DNA of 64,000 nucleotides from Anaeromyxobacteraceae bacterium (GCA_047602405.1 JASGHJ010000002.1:2816001-2880000); one strand, 5' to 3'; positions 39,002 to 49,244 are shown, counted from the stretch's first letter. Translations and numbers: made by a program. Notes: a model not told the origin generated them from the sequence alone.

Positions 39002-39715
39002 TCACTTGAAGCGGGCGCCCGCGAGGGCCTCGCGGCGGTCACGTCCGGCGGCGGGGAGGCCGTCGAGGTAGAGGACCACCCCGAGGGCGGCCTTCGTGTA
39101 CAGGTTCCCGCCGTACTGCGCGTAGACGGCGAGCGACGTGGAGGTGCCCCGGTGCGCCGTCCACTCCCCTCGCAGCACCACGTCCGCGCGGGTCTGCTTG
39201 AGCTGGCTGACGGCGTACGAGACGCCGGCCGAGGCGAACCAGCGGTCGGACGGGTAGAGCCGCAGGAAGAGCTCCCAGAAGCGCAGGTCGTCGCCGAAGC
39301 TCTTGCGCTCGAGGCCCACGCTCCCGACGACGCGCAACCACGGCTCCTCCTCGACCTCCCCGTGCAGCGCGAAGGTGTCGCTCCGGATGCCGCCCTGGAG
39401 CTCCGTGTGCCCCCAGGAGGCGCCCGCGACGAACCGGCCGAGCCAGGCGTAGGCCCGCAGCGCCCCCGAGCCGACCCACTCGCCCTGGCCGAATCGCCCG
39501 CCGAGCGCGTCGACGCGCAGCCGCAGCGGGCCGGGCAGCGGGACGCCGAGCGAGAGCTGGGCCGCGGCGAAGCCCTGGGTCCGGCCTCCGACGGTGGAGT
39601 AGTCCGCCCGGTACACGCCGCCCAGGGCCTCGGCCGAGACGAGCCGCAGGCCGGCGTCGCGGGGCGGGTCGCCCGCGGCGGCGAGGAGCGCGAGCACGAG
39701 GAGGGAGGCCGTCAC
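39002..39715 (-). CDS. Hypothetical secreted or outer-membrane beta-rich protein
   Basis: Signal-like N-terminus and amphipathic strands. GTGA coupling to the upstream gene. Confidence 0.65.
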   Translation of the reverse strand: MTASLLVLALLAAAGDPPRDAGLRLVSAEALGGVYRADYSTVGGRTQGFAAAQLSLGVPLPGPLRLRVDALGGRFGQGEWVGSGALRAYAWLGRFVAGASWGHTELQGGIRSDTFALHGEVEEEPWLRVVGSVGLERKSFGDDLRFWELFLRLYPSDRWFASAGVSYAVSQLKQTRADVVLRGEWTAHRGTSTSLAVYAQYGGNLYTKAALGVVLYLDGLPAAGRDRREALAGARFK

Positions 39716-40251
39716 CGCGCGTACCTCAGGCCGACGTGGAACGAGAGCCCGTCGTAGGCGGGGTTGTCGGTGACGAGCCCGCGGCCGTTCGAGTGGTGAA
39801 GGAACCGGACCCCGCCTGCGACGGCGACCCCGCGGCCGAGGTCCAGGTCGGCCCCGAGGCCCCAGGCGGAGTACCCGTTCCACCGCGTCCCGCCGGGCGG
39901 GAACGGCCTCGCGAACCTGGCTCCGCCGAACCCGAACTCGAAGGCGCACGAGGACTCGCCGAGCCGGAGGAAGTGCCAGCGCGCGAGCGGCAGGGCCGTG
40001 ACCCCGGTCGCGTCCGCGATGACGCCGCCGCGCGTCCCCTCGAACCGCACCGCCGCGAGCTCCAGCCCCGCGGAGAGCGAGGGCGCGAAGCGGCGCATCG
40101 CCCCGGCGCGCAGCTCGAGCTTGTCGAGGCGGGAGTTCACGTCGATCCCGCTCCCCCACCCCGCCGCGAGCGTGTACTCCCAGCGCGGGTCCCACCCGGA
40201 GGCGGGGGTGGCGGCGAGCAGCAGGGCGGCGGCGGCGAGCCTCGGGGGCAT
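39712..40251 (-). CDS. Acyloxyacyl hydrolase / PagL-like lipid A deacylase beta-barrel
   Basis: Signal peptide and RFLHHSNG...NP motif. Confidence 0.75.
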   Translation of the reverse strand: MPPRLAAAALLLAATPASGWDPRWEYTLAAGWGSGIDVNSRLDKLELRAGAMRRFAPSLSAGLELAAVRFEGTRGGVIADATGVTALPLARWHFLRLGESSCAFEFGFGGARFARPFPPGGTRWNGYSAWGLGADLDLGRGVAVAGGVRFLHHSNGRGLVTDNPAYDGLSFHVGLRYAR

Positions 40252-40318
40252 GCGGCGACGTGACACGCCGTCCTCGTAGCACGGTTCCCCCGCTTCCACG
40301 ACGCGTTATGGTGAAGGC

Positions 40319-40651
40319 ATGCCCCTCGAGAAGAAGCGCCTCGACGTCCGCCGTTGGGACGCGGCGAAGCTCCAGAAGCTGAACCTCTTCGAGACCGCCC
40401 GCTTCTTCGCGGACGTCTACTGCATGGAGGTCGGCCAGCAGCAGAAGCCGCACGTCCACGCGGACTCCGACAAGCTCTACGCCGTGCTCGAGGGTACCGC
40501 CGTCGCGACGGTGGGCGGCGAGGAGGCGACGCTCGGCCCGGGCGAGGTCGTGCTCTGCCCGGCCGGCGTCGAGCACGCGATCGAGAACCGCGGCCCGGGC
40601 CGGGCCGCGGTGCTCGCGTTCGCGGCGCCGCACACGCATCCGCCGAGGTGA
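40319..40651 (+). CDS. Cupin domain protein
   Basis: PHVHADSDKLYAVLEG, PAGVEHAIEN. Confidence 0.9.
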   Translation: MPLEKKRLDVRRWDAAKLQKLNLFETARFFADVYCMEVGQQQKPHVHADSDKLYAVLEGTAVATVGGEEATLGPGEVVLCPAGVEHAIENRGPGRAAVLAFAAPHTHPPR

Positions 40652-40726
40652 GGCGGCGGCTGCAGCTGGCCGAACCCCTACCGGTAGCCGGGTCAGGTGC
40701 TTCCCACCGGGCCGGGCCGCGGCAGT

Positions 40727-41020
40727 TCACCGTCGGTGGATCAACCGCAGGGCCGCAGCGGCGGACTCGCGCGAGAGCACGCGTCCCTCACGCAGCTTCG
40801 GGGCCCCGGGATCCGCCAGGCGCCTCAACGCGACCGCCAGTTCGTCCGCGAACCAGTCACGCCAGTCCAGCACGCGCTCGAGCTCCGTCTTCCGTGTCCC
40901 CCCCGGCGCCTGGTTGTGGGGCGGGCTGTTGAAGTAGCAGTCCGCGCAGGTCGCGATGAGCTCGAAGGCCTCGTTCAGGACGCGGACATCGTCGATCGGA
41001 TCGGTGGGCGCGAGCGACAT
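40727..41020 (-). CDS. Small hypothetical protein
   Basis: GGAGG RBS before the ATG and plausible codon usage. Confidence 0.5.
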   Translation of the reverse strand: MSLAPTDPIDDVRVLNEAFELIATCADCYFNSPPHNQAPGGTRKTELERVLDWRDWFADELAVALRRLADPGAPKLREGRVLSRESAAAALRLIHRR

Positions 41021-41116
41021 GGTGTTCCTCCCGTAGAGAGAGACCCCGAGCAACGCACCTTCCGACGCGCTCCGCTGCGCCCACGACGGGCCGCCACGAA
41101 CGCGGCACGCCACGCC

Positions 41117-43957
41117 TCAGCGCGACTCGAGCGCGGCGCGGGCCTCGCGGGCGGATCGCAGGAGCTCCAGATCGGGATCCGCTCGCGACAGCGCGGCGAG
41201 GAGCCCATCGAGCTCCACCCGCGCCTCCGCGGCGCGGCCCTGCCGCGCGAGCCAGCCCGCGGCCTCGAGCCGGCTCTGCGGCAGCGCCCAGGGGCGCCAG
41301 TACGAGTCCGGCGCGTAGAAGGCCTGGTAGTGGCGGAGCGCCTCGAGGGCCTCGGGCGCGTCGGCCCGGGCGAGCGCCACGGCGAGCAGGAACGCGCGGC
41401 CGTCGACCGGCACGTCGGCCGCGAACGCACCCTCGGGCCCGGCCCTGAGGAGCCGCACCGCGCCGGCGGCGTCGCCGGAACGCAGGGCGGCCACCGCGGC
41501 GTGGATCGCCGCAGCGGTCGAGCCCGCGGGGAGCCGGGCCGCGAGCTCGGCGGCGCCCGCGAGGTCCCCGGCCCAGGCGAGCGGGATGGAGACCCAGGGC
41601 ACCTCCTCCGGCCCCTCCCGCGCGAGCGCCTCGAGCTCGCGGCGCACGCCCGCGGCGTCGCCAAGCCCGGCGAGCAGGCTCAGCCGCCGGAAGCGCACCA
41701 CGAGCGGGGACTCGCCGTCCGCGAGCGTGAGCCCCTCGAGCTCGGCCCGCGCCTCCCGGACCCGCCCCTCCTGGAGGAGGATCGCCGCGAGGCGGCTCCG
41801 GGCTCGCCAGCCCACCTGCGGCCTCAGGATCGCCTCGGCCTCCTCGAGCCGGCCTCCCGCGACGAGGGCAGCGAGCACGTCCGCCGCGCCGGTGGGCGCG
41901 CCCTGCGCCTCCGCCTGCCGCGCCGCCGCGATCGCGCGGTCGTGCTCCCCCAGCCAGCCGAGCGCGCGCACCAGCGCGTGGCGCTCGCCCGCGCCGACCG
42001 CCGCCTCGAGGCCCTGCGCGAGCTCCCGGAGGCGCCCGAGCTGGCCGAGGTAGCCGAGCGCGCGCACGAGGTGGTCGAGCGCCCACGGGTGCCGCGGGTC
42101 GAGCCGGAGCACGGTCTCGAGGAGCGGCACGGACGCGGCGACGTCCCCGGCGTGCCACTCGAGCTCACCGAAGGTCCACGCCACCTCGGCGTCGTCGGGC
42201 GCCTGCTCGAGGAGGGCCGCGTACCGCGCGCGCGCCGCCGCGACCTTCCCGTCGAGCCGTTCGCGCCAGGCGAGCACGAGCTCCCGCTCGCGGGACGGCA
42301 ACCGCTCGAGGTGGCGCAGCGCGGGCGCGAGGACGCCCTCCTGCTGCGCCGCCGCGTCGTGCGACATCTCGGCGGCGCGCGCGAGCTGGTAGTGGGCGAG
42401 GCCGAAGCCGGGGTCGCGGGCGAGCGCGGCCTGGAGCGCGGGGGCGCACGGCTCGCCCGTCCCGCCCACCTGCCGCTCGAGGCACCGGACCCCCTCGTCG
42501 TAGAGCCGGTAAGCCTCGGCGTCGCGGGTCACGAGCTCCTCGATCGGCCGGGCCGGCTCGGCGCCCGCCGCGGCGCGGAGCACGGTCCGCACGCGCTCGG
42601 AGGCGTCCTCGACGAGCGCGAAGAGGGGCGCCTCGCCCTGGCGACGCACGGGCTCGATCGCCCGCACCGCGCGCTCGGAGGCGGGATCCACCGCCGAGAC
42701 CGCGAGGGCGACGCCGTCGCCGTCCGGGTGCAGCTGGGGCACGAGCACGAGCGCCGCGCCGGCCTCGGAGGCCACCGCGCAGGCGGCGCCGACGTCGAGC
42801 CGCCCCCCGGCGCCGTGGCCGGCCCGCGCCGCGAGCCGGACCACCCGCTCCCGGCGCACGACCTGGATGTGGAACCGCGCGAGCGCCGTCTCGAGAAGTC
42901 GCCCCGCACCGTCGAGGCGGGCGTCGCCGGTCTCGTTCACCGCATCGGCCACCAGCACGACCGGGGGCGGCGCCCCGGGCCGGGGCCACGCGAGCCACCC
43001 CAGGGCGCCGAGGGCGACGGCCGCGGCCGCGGCGACTCCCCCGTGGAGCCGGCGGCGGGACGCCTCCCACTCGCGGATCGCGCCGTCGAGCGCGGCCTCG
43101 AGCGCGCGCCCGTCGGCGGGGCGGCCCGCGGGATCCTCCGCGCGGCAGCGCTCGAGCAGCCGCGCGAGCGGGGCCGGCACGCCCGCGGCGCGGGGCGCCC
43201 GGGCGCGGCCGGGGTCCGGGAGCGTGGCGGAGGCCACCGTCGCCGCCGCGCCGCCGGGGCGCGCCGAGAGCGCCTCGTGCAGCAGGACCCCGAACGCGTA
43301 GACGTCGGTGCGGGCGTCCTCCGGCTCTCCCCGGGCCTGCTCGGGGGACGCATACCCCGGCGTCCCGCCGGCGAGCCCGGCCCGGTGATCCGGCGAGGTG
43401 GAGAGCCCGAAGTCGAGGACCTTCACGCGGCCGTCGGTGGTCAGGAACACGTTGCCGGGCTTGAGATCGCGGTGGACGACGCCGGCGGCGTGGGCCGCGG
43501 CGAGCGCGCTCGCGACCCGCCGCCCGACGCGGAGCGCGTCCTCCCGCGGCAGCGGCCCCCGCCGCAGCCGCTCCGCCAGCGTCTCGCCGTGCAGCCGCTC
43601 GAGCACGAGGTAGAGCCCGCCGCGCCAGGGTCCGAGATCGTGGACCGTCACGACCGCCGGGTGATCCAGCCTGGCCGCGGCGAGCGCCTCCTCGCGGAGC
43701 GGCTCACGCTCGGCGAGCGCCCGCAGCGCGCGGTGCCGGAGGACCTTGACCGCCACCTGCCGCAGCAGGGTGGTGTCGAGCGCCGCGTAGACCACCCCGA
43801 AGCCGCCGCGGCCGAGCTCGCCGAGGATCTCGTAGCGCCCGCCGAGGAGGTCGCCCGGCAGCGGTGGCGGGGCGTCCTCCGGCCCCGGCGCCTCGCGGGC
43901 GAGGGCCCGGAGGAGCGTCTCGAGGCGCGCGGACAGGTCGTCCGGGAGCGAGGCCAT
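41117..43957 (-). CDS. Membrane Ser/Thr protein kinase with C-terminal TPR repeats
   Basis: LGRGGFGVVY, VAVK, HRDLKPGN, DFG, GTPGYASPE, then a TM segment and TPRs. Confidence 0.92.
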   Translation of the reverse strand: MASLPDDLSARLETLLRALAREAPGPEDAPPPLPGDLLGGRYEILGELGRGGFGVVYAALDTTLLRQVAVKVLRHRALRALAEREPLREEALAAARLDHPAVVTVHDLGPWRGGLYLVLERLHGETLAERLRRGPLPREDALRVGRRVASALAAAHAAGVVHRDLKPGNVFLTTDGRVKVLDFGLSTSPDHRAGLAGGTPGYASPEQARGEPEDARTDVYAFGVLLHEALSARPGGAAATVASATLPDPGRARAPRAAGVPAPLARLLERCRAEDPAGRPADGRALEAALDGAIREWEASRRRLHGGVAAAAAVALGALGWLAWPRPGAPPPVVLVADAVNETGDARLDGAGRLLETALARFHIQVVRRERVVRLAARAGHGAGGRLDVGAACAVASEAGAALVLVPQLHPDGDGVALAVSAVDPASERAVRAIEPVRRQGEAPLFALVEDASERVRTVLRAAAGAEPARPIEELVTRDAEAYRLYDEGVRCLERQVGGTGEPCAPALQAALARDPGFGLAHYQLARAAEMSHDAAAQQEGVLAPALRHLERLPSRERELVLAWRERLDGKVAAARARYAALLEQAPDDAEVAWTFGELEWHAGDVAASVPLLETVLRLDPRHPWALDHLVRALGYLGQLGRLRELAQGLEAAVGAGERHALVRALGWLGEHDRAIAAARQAEAQGAPTGAADVLAALVAGGRLEEAEAILRPQVGWRARSRLAAILLQEGRVREARAELEGLTLADGESPLVVRFRRLSLLAGLGDAAGVRRELEALAREGPEEVPWVSIPLAWAGDLAGAAELAARLPAGSTAAAIHAAVAALRSGDAAGAVRLLRAGPEGAFAADVPVDGRAFLLAVALARADAPEALEALRHYQAFYAPDSYWRPWALPQSRLEAAGWLARQGRAAEARVELDGLLAALSRADPDLELLRSAREARAALESR

Positions 43958-44061
43958 CTCGGACACACCGTAGATCAACGGTGGGCCGCTCACCACCCGC
44001 CTGCGCCACGCCGACGCCGGCGCGAGCCTTGCCGCCAGCCCGGGAGCCCGCACATTGCTGC

Positions 44062-45534
44062 GTGCACGATCCTGCTCTGCTCGAGCGCCTCACCACGGGC
44101 GTCCCCGGGCTCGACACGGTGCTCCTGGGCGGCCTCTACCGGGGCAGCGGGACGCTCGTGGCGGGCGCCTCGGGCAGCGGCAAGACGGTGCTCGGCGCGC
44201 AGATCGCGTTCGCGCACGCCGCGGGCGGGGGCCGGGCCGGGGTCCTCACCTTGCTCACCGAGAGCCACGAGCGCCTGGTCTCCTACCTCTCGACGCTCTC
44301 CTTCTTCGACCCCGGGGCGGTCTCGGACAACGTCTACGTGGTGAGCGGCGCGGCCCGGCTCGCCAGCGACCGCGCCCAGGGGGTGCTCGACCTCGCCCGG
44401 ACCCTGATCCGCGAGCGGCGGCTCACCATGCTGGTGGTGGACGGCGTGGGCGCGCTCGAGGAGGCCGCGACGACCGTGGAGCTCCGCCGGATTGCCCAGG
44501 CGCTCCTCGCGTTCCTGCCGGCCACCGGCTGCACCGGGCTCCTGCTCGTCGGGACGCCGAGCGTCCTCGAGGTGCTCGGCGCCTGCGACGTCCACCTCCA
44601 CCTCGACGCATCGCCGTTCGGGCCACGCCTCGTCCGCGGGATCGAGGTCTCGAAGCTGCGCGGCGGCGCGTTCCTCGAGGGACGCCACACCCTCGTGATC
44701 GACGGGGACGGCGTGAAGGTCTTTCCGCGGCTCGAGGCCGTGGCCACCCGCACGGCCGGGGCCCCGCCCCGGGAGACGCACCGGGCCAGGACCGGCGTCA
44801 CGGTGCTCGACGCGATGCTGGGAGGCGGGCTCGTCGCCGGCTCGTCCACCGCCCTGCTCGGCGCGCCGGGGACGGGGAAGACGCTCCTCGGGATGACGTT
44901 CCTCGCGGCGGGCGCGAAGGCCGGTGAGCCGGGGTTGTACGCCGGGTTCTACGAGTCGACCGAGCGCCTCGTCGCGAAGTGCGAGGCGGTCGGGCTGCCG
45001 ATCGCCCGCCGGGTGCGAGAGGGGCGGCTCCACCTCGACTGGGCGCCGCCGATGGAGCGCCTCCTCGACGAGACCGCCCAGCGGCTCCTCGAGACGGTGG
45101 ACCGGGGGGGCGTCCGGCGGGTGGTGGTCGATGGCATCGATGCGCTCCGGCTCTGCGCGGAGCAGCCGGGGCGGATCCCGGCGTTCCTCGCGGCCCTGAC
45201 CCTCGAGCTGCGCCGGCGGGACGTGACCACCGTCCTCACCGAGGAGACCGACCTCTTCGCGCCGCAGCTCACGGCCCCGCTCGCGGAGCAGGTCCTCTCC
45301 GCGGTGGTCGAGAACATCGTCGTGCTGCGGTACGTCGAGCTCCACGCGCGCCTCCACCGCCTGCTCGCCGTCGTGAAGACCCACGAGGGCCAGCACGACG
45401 CCAGCCTGCGAGAGCTCACCATCGGGCCCGAGGGGCTCGCGGTGAAATCGGCGTTCCGGGGCGCCGAGCACCTCCTGACCGGCGTTCCGGTGGAGGCCGC
45501 GCCGCTCGCGCGGCCGCGAGGGCGGCGCCGGTGA
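44062..45534 (+). CDS. KaiC-like / RAD55 double-domain ATPase
   Basis: Two RecA-like domains: TGVPGLD..L.GG with GASGSGKT, and TGVTVLD.MLGGG with GAPGTGKT. Confidence 0.9.
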   Translation: MHDPALLERLTTGVPGLDTVLLGGLYRGSGTLVAGASGSGKTVLGAQIAFAHAAGGGRAGVLTLLTESHERLVSYLSTLSFFDPGAVSDNVYVVSGAARLASDRAQGVLDLARTLIRERRLTMLVVDGVGALEEAATTVELRRIAQALLAFLPATGCTGLLLVGTPSVLEVLGACDVHLHLDASPFGPRLVRGIEVSKLRGGAFLEGRHTLVIDGDGVKVFPRLEAVATRTAGAPPRETHRARTGVTVLDAMLGGGLVAGSSTALLGAPGTGKTLLGMTFLAAGAKAGEPGLYAGFYESTERLVAKCEAVGLPIARRVREGRLHLDWAPPMERLLDETAQRLLETVDRGGVRRVVVDGIDALRLCAEQPGRIPAFLAALTLELRRRDVTTVLTEETDLFAPQLTAPLAEQVLSAVVENIVVLRYVELHARLHRLLAVVKTHEGQHDASLRELTIGPEGLAVKSAFRGAEHLLTGVPVEAAPLARPRGRRR

Positions 45535-45899
45535 GCACCGTCCTGGTCGTGGACGACGAGCCCACCATCGCCGAGACGCTCTGCATGGTGCTCGAGATGG
45601 ACGGGTACCGGTGCGTCACCGCCAGCGACGGCCTACAGGCGCTGGAGCGGCTCCCCGACGTCTCGCCCTCGCTCGTCCTGCTCGACGTCATGATGCCCGT
45701 GATGGACGGCCGCGAGTTCCTCCGGCGGCTCCGCGCGGACGCGCGGTGGAGGGACCTCCCGGTCATCGTGATGACCGCCGCCCCGCGCCTCGCCGGCAAC
45801 GACGCCCTCCCTCCGCACCAGGGCTTCTTCCAGAAGCCGTTCGACCTCGATCGCCTGCTGGCCGAGATCGGGCGGTTCACCAGCCCCGCGCGGGAGTGA
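45531..45899 (+). CDS. Single-domain response regulator
   Basis: VLVVDDE, LLDVMMPVMDG, KPF. Confidence 0.92.
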   Translation: MSTVLVVDDEPTIAETLCMVLEMDGYRCVTASDGLQALERLPDVSPSLVLLDVMMPVMDGREFLRRLRADARWRDLPVIVMTAAPRLAGNDALPPHQGFFQKPFDLDRLLAEIGRFTSPARE

Positions 45900-47034
45900 G
45901 CACGCCGGCCGACGTCTCGCGCGGGAGCCGGAGGCGAAAGGTCGAGCCCACCCCCGGCGCGCTCGCGACGTCGATGTCGCCGCCGTGGGCGAGGGCGATC
46001 TCCCGGGCCGCCCAGAGCCCCACCCCGAACCCGCTGATGTTCCGGGTCGGGACCGCCCGCTCGAACCGCTCGAAGATGCGACGCTGGTCCTCCTGGCTGA
46101 CGCCGAGCCCGGAGTCGGTGACCGACACGCTGGCCCAGTCACCCCCGGCGGCCACCTCCACACGCACCGGCCGCCGCTCTCCGTACTTGATCGCGTTGTC
46201 GACGAGCGCCGCCAGCGCCTCCTCCAGGCGGTCGAGGTCCCACTCGCCCTCCGGCCGGGCATGGCAGACGAGGCGGAGCCTCACGCCTGCCCTCGCGGCC
46301 TGCGGGCGGAGCCTCGCGACGAGCCGCCTCGCCACCTGGGCGAGATCGCCGCGGCGGAGCGAGAGCGCCGGATGCCGGCCGCTCGCCCGCGTGCTCGCCT
46401 CGAGGAGCCGGTCCACGAGCGTGTCCAGGCGGCCGGCTTGCAGCTCGAGCTCGCCCACCTGTCGCCGCTGGACCGGCGGCAGCTTCGAGGAGGCGGCCCA
46501 CCGCCGGAGCGCTTGCGAAGTGAGGAGGAGCGCGGCGACCGGCGTCCGCAGCTCGTGCGAGGCCGCCGCCAGGAACTCGTCCCGGGCCGCCATCGCCCGG
46601 CGCGCCACCTCGAGGGCCCGCGACGCCTCGGCCTCTCGCAGGGGCCCGGTGAGGTCGCGGGTGATCTTCGCGAACCCGACGAGCGTCCCGTCGTCGTCGC
46701 GCACCGCCGTGAGCACCACGCTCGCCCGGAAGAGCGTCCCGTCCTTGCGGACCCGCCAGCCCTCCTCCTCGGCGCTCCCCTCCTCCGCCGCCTTTCGGAG
46801 GTTCTGCTCCGGGCGGCCGGCCCGGACGTCCGCCGGGTCGTAGAAGAGCGAGAAGTGCCGGCCGAGCACCTCCTCGGCGCGGTAACCGTTGATGCGCTCG
46901 GCCCCGCGGTTCCAGCTCGTGATCCGCCCCTCGGTGTCGAGCAGGAAGATCGCGTACTCCCGAACGGCCTCGACGAGGAGCCGGAACAGGTCGCGGGTGT
47001 GGGGACTCCCCACGGAATGGGCGGACGCGTTCAT
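45877..47034 (-). CDS. PAS-domain sensor histidine kinase
   Basis: PAS (SWNRGAERINGY, RKDG), SHELRTP, NAIKY, DSGLG, GFGVGL. Confidence 0.92.
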   Translation of the reverse strand: MNASAHSVGSPHTRDLFRLLVEAVREYAIFLLDTEGRITSWNRGAERINGYRAEEVLGRHFSLFYDPADVRAGRPEQNLRKAAEEGSAEEEGWRVRKDGTLFRASVVLTAVRDDDGTLVGFAKITRDLTGPLREAEASRALEVARRAMAARDEFLAAASHELRTPVAALLLTSQALRRWAASSKLPPVQRRQVGELELQAGRLDTLVDRLLEASTRASGRHPALSLRRGDLAQVARRLVARLRPQAARAGVRLRLVCHARPEGEWDLDRLEEALAALVDNAIKYGERRPVRVEVAAGGDWASVSVTDSGLGVSQEDQRRIFERFERAVPTRNISGFGVGLWAAREIALAHGGDIDVASAPGVGSTFRLRLPRETSAGVLTPARGW

Positions 47035-47173
47035 CCTGCGAGAGTTCGCCGGACGCGCACCACCCGCCCGAGACGACGCCGCGCAATGTACTCACCCTCG
47101 GCCGGCGGCGCCTGCCCGTCGCTCGGATCGAGCGCGTGGCGCGAGGCCCCGGTCGCGCCGCGTGGGGGCCGTC

Positions 47174-47439
47174 ATGAAGGTCCTGCTCCTCGCCTGCCTG
47201 GGGACCTGCCTCGCCTGCCGGAGCGGTTCCTCCGGAACCCCCGGCCCCGCGGACCCGACCGGCCCCGCAGGCCCCCCGGGACCCACGGGGCCCTCGGGCG
47301 CGCTCTCCGCGGCCGACTGGAGGCTCGCGCCCGCCCACGTCCCCGACCTGCTCGACGCCGGGGACGGGCTCACCTTCGCGCGCTCGACGCGGCGGAGGTC
47401 GCGGCGCACCACCGGGCCTCGGCCGGGCTCTATCCCTGA
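47174..47439 (+). pseudogene. Truncated lipoprotein remnant with collagen-like G-x-x repeats
   Basis: Signal ending CLAC, then GPADPTGPAGPPGPTGPSG. The tail RALDAAEVAAHH is in another frame. Confidence 0.45.
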
Positions 47440-48677
47440 TCCGTCCCGGCGAGCCAGCCCCGCAGCCGCGCGTACACCTCCGCGCTCGAGAGCAGCTCCA
47501 CGTGGCCCGTCCCCCGCACCACCGCGCGCCGCGCCTCGGGGAAGCGGAGGTCGCGGGACGGATCGGCGTGGCGGCCGAGCGCGCTGTCGAGCGGCACGAG
47601 CCCGTCGCCGAGGAGCCGGCCCGCGGCGTGGTCGCCGGCGGCGGTGGTCGCCGCGACGGCGAAGCAGCGGACCCCGGCCGGCAGGGGCACGTGGCGCGGC
47701 GGCGGCTGGGGCCGGGCGAAGCGGTCGCGCCCGGCCCAATCCTCGTCCGACACGCTGCCCTGCCGCAGGTCGGTCACGCCCGCGCTGCGGATGCGCCCCA
47801 GCCGGCCGATCGGCGCCGAGGTGCGGCTCACGCCGAGCGCCACGTCCACGAGGTTGCCGCCCCGCTCGAGCGGCGCGCCGTGGTGCGGGGTCCCCAGGAA
47901 CACGGCGTCCGAGAGGCGCGCGCGCCAGGTGTGCCCCGCCGCCTCCGCGTGCGCGCACGCGCTGCGCACCACGAGCCCGCCCATGCTGTGCGCCACGATC
48001 GCGAGCCGCCGCGCCGGCGCCGGCCACGCCGCGAGGAGCGCCTCGAGCAGCGCGGAGAGCGCACGCCCGTTCGTCGAGACGTGGAGGCCGGTGTTGTAGT
48101 GGAGGTAGACCGGGGTGAAGCCGAGGTCGCGCGCGAGCGCCGCGCCGTGGTCGTGCCCGGCGCGCCGCCAGCGCAGGTCGTCGAAGCACGAGCCGTGGAC
48201 GAGCACGAGCGGCGCGCCGCCGGCGTCCGGCAGGGCCGCCCGGAGCGCCTCGCGCTCGAGCACGAGCGGCCGCCCGCCGCGCCGCAGGCGCATCGTGATC
48301 GCGAGCGGGTTCCCGGTCGCGGCGAGGTGATCGCCGAGGACGCCGTTCAGCACCGCCTGCACCGCCACGCGGCGCGCCGTTGGCGCGGCGTCCGTGGCGC
48401 CGCGCCCCGCCGCCCCGAGCGCGAGGTCGACCCCGAGCCCGGTCGCGCGGGTGACGCCGCGGACGGCCGAGTACACGAGCCCCGTGAGCCCGCGGGTGCG
48501 CCCGGGCGCCGGCCCCGGGCCGAAGCCGGGCCAGCGCGCGATGGTCTCGTGCATCGCCTCGACGACGCCGGTCAGGCCGAGGACGCCGTCGAGCGCGAGG
48601 CGGCCCCAGCCCTGGAGCTCGGAGGGCTCCTGGGCGGGTCGGACGAGGTCGTCGTCGGAGGGGCGGCGAGGGGACAC
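47430..48677 (-). CDS. Alpha/beta hydrolase (PGAP1-like lipase/esterase)
   Basis: LVHG, YNTGLH, AHSMGG, LGTPHHG, DGLVP, H. Confidence 0.88.
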   Translation of the reverse strand: MSPRRPSDDDLVRPAQEPSELQGWGRLALDGVLGLTGVVEAMHETIARWPGFGPGPAPGRTRGLTGLVYSAVRGVTRATGLGVDLALGAAGRGATDAAPTARRVAVQAVLNGVLGDHLAATGNPLAITMRLRRGGRPLVLEREALRAALPDAGGAPLVLVHGSCFDDLRWRRAGHDHGAALARDLGFTPVYLHYNTGLHVSTNGRALSALLEALLAAWPAPARRLAIVAHSMGGLVVRSACAHAEAAGHTWRARLSDAVFLGTPHHGAPLERGGNLVDVALGVSRTSAPIGRLGRIRSAGVTDLRQGSVSDEDWAGRDRFARPQPPPRHVPLPAGVRCFAVAATTAAGDHAAGRLLGDGLVPLDSALGRHADPSRDLRFPEARRAVVRGTGHVELLSSAEVYARLRGWLAGTDQG

Positions 48678-48693
48678 CGAGGTACGATACGCC

Positions 48694-49206
48694 ATGATCA
48701 CGCTCCGCACCGCGCGCCTCCTGCTCCGCCGCCCGGCGCCGGAAGACCTCCAGCCGCTCTTCGCCATCCTCTCCGACGCGGCCACGATGCGGTACTGGTC
48801 CACCCCACCGCACGCGGACCTGGACACGACGCGGCGCTGGCTCGAGCGCACCATCGCGGAGGGGCACGACGAGTTCGTCGTCGTGCTCGGCGAGCGGGTG
48901 ATCGGAAACGCCGGCTTCTGGCGCGACCCGGAGGTCGGGTTCGTCCTCGACCGGGCCTTCACCGGCCAGGGCTACGCCTTCGAGGCCGCGCAGGCCGTGA
49001 TCGCCCGCGCCTTCGCGGTGCGGGGCCTCGCGGTGGTGACCGCCGACGTGGACCCGCGCAACGCAGCGTCGCTGCGGCTCCTCGCGCGGCTCGGCTTCGT
49101 CGAGACCGGCCGCAAGGCGGGCACGTTCCAGATCGGCGACGAGCGCTGCGACAGCGTCTACCTGGCGCTGACGGCGGAGCGGCTGGCGGGACCGCGAGCG
49201 GAGTGA
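48694..49206 (+). CDS. GNAT acetyltransferase (RimJ/RimL-like)
   Basis: LRTARLLLR, GQGYAFEA, NAASLRLL.RLGF. Confidence 0.9.
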   Translation: MITLRTARLLLRRPAPEDLQPLFAILSDAATMRYWSTPPHADLDTTRRWLERTIAEGHDEFVVVLGERVIGNAGFWRDPEVGFVLDRAFTGQGYAFEAAQAVIARAFAVRGLAVVTADVDPRNAASLRLLARLGFVETGRKAGTFQIGDERCDSVYLALTAERLAGPRAE

Positions 49207-49244
49207 GCAGCGGCGGTTTGCGTCGCCGCATCGAGTCGCGCGGA

